A stretch of 62,315 bases of DNA from Clostridia bacterium. GTDB lineage: Bacteria; Bacillota; Clostridia; UBA1381. Position 1 is the first letter of the stretch. Every line of letters begins with the position of its first letter. Both the position numbers and the translations under genes were made by a program. The DNA lies in NCBI GenBank assembly GCA_017483065.1, contig JAFULX010000002.1, positions 1 through 62,315 on the forward strand. Reading direction: 5' to 3'. Below, piece after piece: positions 61,058 to 62,315 of the stretch. Under the pieces are notes generated by a model. The model did no database searches, was not told the origin of the DNA, and saw only the letters and a program-made list of their open reading frames with translations.

Positions 61058-61423
61058 ATGAAATATTTCTTTAAAATCAACGATACGGAATTTTCAAATT
61101 GTTCCGCCTTATCGGTTGCAGATGTGTACAGAGGCGAAACAAAGAAACAAACGCTTTCAGGAACGCTTTTGTACGATAGGATTGGCAATGCAAAGCTACA
61201 GGCAACGGCAAAGCTGAATATGATTACAGAAGCAGAAATGCAAGCGTTAAGAGATGCGGTAAGCGATATGACGGCAACAGTCAGCTTTTATCGAGGCTCT
61301 GTTCTTGTTGAAAAAACAATGAGAATAGAGCCGTTTACCGAGCCTACGCCAATATATCTGGGCGGAAAATTGGACAATGGTATAATTTACGGCACGTTAA
61401 ATATTAAGGCGGTGGAATTATGA
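61058..61423 (+). CDS. Tail component, Dit position (copy 2)
   Basis: Duplicate of 25097..25462. Confidence 0.45.
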   Translation: MKYFFKINDTEFSNCSALSVADVYRGETKKQTLSGTLLYDRIGNAKLQATAKLNMITEAEMQALRDAVSDMTATVSFYRGSVLVEKTMRIEPFTEPTPIYLGGKLDNGIIYGTLNIKAVEL

Positions 61424-62315
61424 GAGCGATTTCAGAAAATCTGCTTAACAAAATACAATCAAATACAAGAGCTTATGACATAATGCTTACAGTATATCAT
61501 AGATATATAGATGCAGACAAAAATATCAGCTTTGATACTTCTACCGATTACTCGTCAAATGCGGAACTGCTCGGTGTTTCAAGCTTACATGGTGCTACTA
61601 CTGGATATTTACAGCTTGGCAAAACTTTTGTGAGCGAGATTGATTTCTCGCTTACAAAGAATGCCGTTTGCCGTGTAGGTGACAAGGTTAAACTTTGGCT
61701 TGACTTTGGCGAAGGCGATACCATAACGCTTGCTACAGCTTATGTCGATACCGTTTCGCACGACCAATGGCAGAGTAACTTTACCGCATATGATAAAATG
61801 ATGCAGTTAAATAAAGCGTATATATCCGAGTTGACTTACCCTGCATCAGCATCAGCGGTAGTGGACGAGATTTGCGAGCAGACGGGACTTGAATTAGAGC
61901 CGTTTGTGTTCGAGTGCAATCCAACGCTGAAAGTTGCTCCCGTATCTCCTAACACAGATTACAACGGCAATTCCGTCTATTATTCATACCGAGAGATACT
62001 CGGATATATCGCCCTTGCCAATGCTTCAAATGTGGTTATTGATGAAGAAACGGAAAAACTGAAATTCGTCAAATATACGGATAGTGGCTCTGTCTTTGAT
62101 TATAACAAGACAATTCGCAGGACTATCAATAATGAAAATTATGTGATAAATGCTATTAAGGTAAGCGATACTGGATATAGCGAAGGAAACGCAAAAGGCG
62201 AATTTGAAGTGTTTTTCCCTCTGCAAATTACACAGCCAAAAGAATATATTTATTCTTATCTTACAACTTTCTTTGTTGGACTTTCCTATATCGGTATGAC
62301 TGCACAAAAGCAAGG
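61420..62315 (+). CDS. Tail/receptor-binding protein, 5' part truncated by window end (copy 2)
   Basis: Duplicate of 25459..26354. Confidence 0.65.
   Translation, partial: MRAISENLLNKIQSNTRAYDIMLTVYHRYIDADKNISFDTSTDYSSNAELLGVSSLHGATTGYLQLGKTFVSEIDFSLTKNAVCRVGDKVKLWLDFGEGDTITLATAYVDTVSHDQWQSNFTAYDKMMQLNKAYISELTYPASASAVVDEICEQTGLELEPFVFECNPTLKVAPVSPNTDYNGNSVYYSYREILGYIALANASNVVIDEETEKLKFVKYTDSGSVFDYNKTIRRTINNENYVINAIKVSDTGYSEGNAKGEFEVFFPLQITQPKEYIYSYLTTFFVGLSYIGMTAQKQ

Larger units (their letters stand above)
35962..62315. repeat. Copy B of the 26,354-bp direct repeat (second, partial genome copy)
   Basis: Same as copy A, offset +35,961; truncated by window end inside the tail/RBP gene. Confidence 0.95.

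Noticed and set aside
1-62315. Diversity-generating retroelement, retron, or other RT-based system that might target the repeat protein or the tail fibre.
   Set aside because: No ORF in any frame shows reverse-transcriptase motifs (no YxDD-containing candidate), and no template/variable repeat pair was seen.

Overview
The window holds about 1.73 head-to-tail copies of one 35,961-bp tailed dsDNA phage genome. Positions 35962..62315 repeat 1..26354: all ORF translations are identical and the nucleotide lines I spot-checked match. There is no host flank. Every credible gene is on the + strand, and I found no integrase, CI/Cro-type repressor, reverse transcriptase or CRISPR array.

Gene order along one unit:
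- Early operons run from seven near-consensus sigma-A-type promoters. They encode many small zinc-ribbon ORFs, three RHH proteins, an ERF recombinase, SSB, an orphan DNA methyltransferase with an adjacent GIY-YIG nuclease, a Lar-like protein, DUF551-like and ASCH proteins, and an FTR-like protein.
- A replication-organizer gene carries embedded iterons plus an AT-rich repeat block, a putative ori.
- A tRNA-Gln(UUG) has its own consensus promoter.
- The packaging region encodes a ParB-like nuclease, a GNAT/Mom-like protein, a small terminase, a second methyltransferase, and a large terminase whose reading frame is interrupted.
- A three-gene island (two multi-zinc-ribbon proteins and a MazG-like dNTP pyrophosphohydrolase) sits between terminase and portal.
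- An SPP1-type morphogenesis module follows: portal, MuF, scaffold, capsid, connectors, tail tube, G/GT chaperone with a U_UUU_UUC -1 slippery site, tape measure, and a 916-aa tail/receptor-binding protein.
- The lysis cassette has a holin, a GH25 endolysin with SH3b-like repeats, and membrane proteins.
- A terminator-bracketed post-lysis cargo module has very unusual composition: a Gly/Cys-rich membrane protein, a BclA-C/TNF-like beta protein, and a Gly/Ser/Tyr/Arg-rich disordered protein.
- An early gene encodes a protein built from 20 tandem, in-frame 27-nt repeats.

The most unusual items are the post-lysis cargo module, the nonapeptide-repeat protein, the terminase-portal island, the DNA-modification cluster, a candidate anti-SD small RNA, and four coding anomalies. 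The anomalies are an in-frame TAG, a terminase frameshift, a uORF/frame offset at the scaffold start, and an ORF with no start codon.

All functional calls rest on motif recognition by eye. No database search was run.
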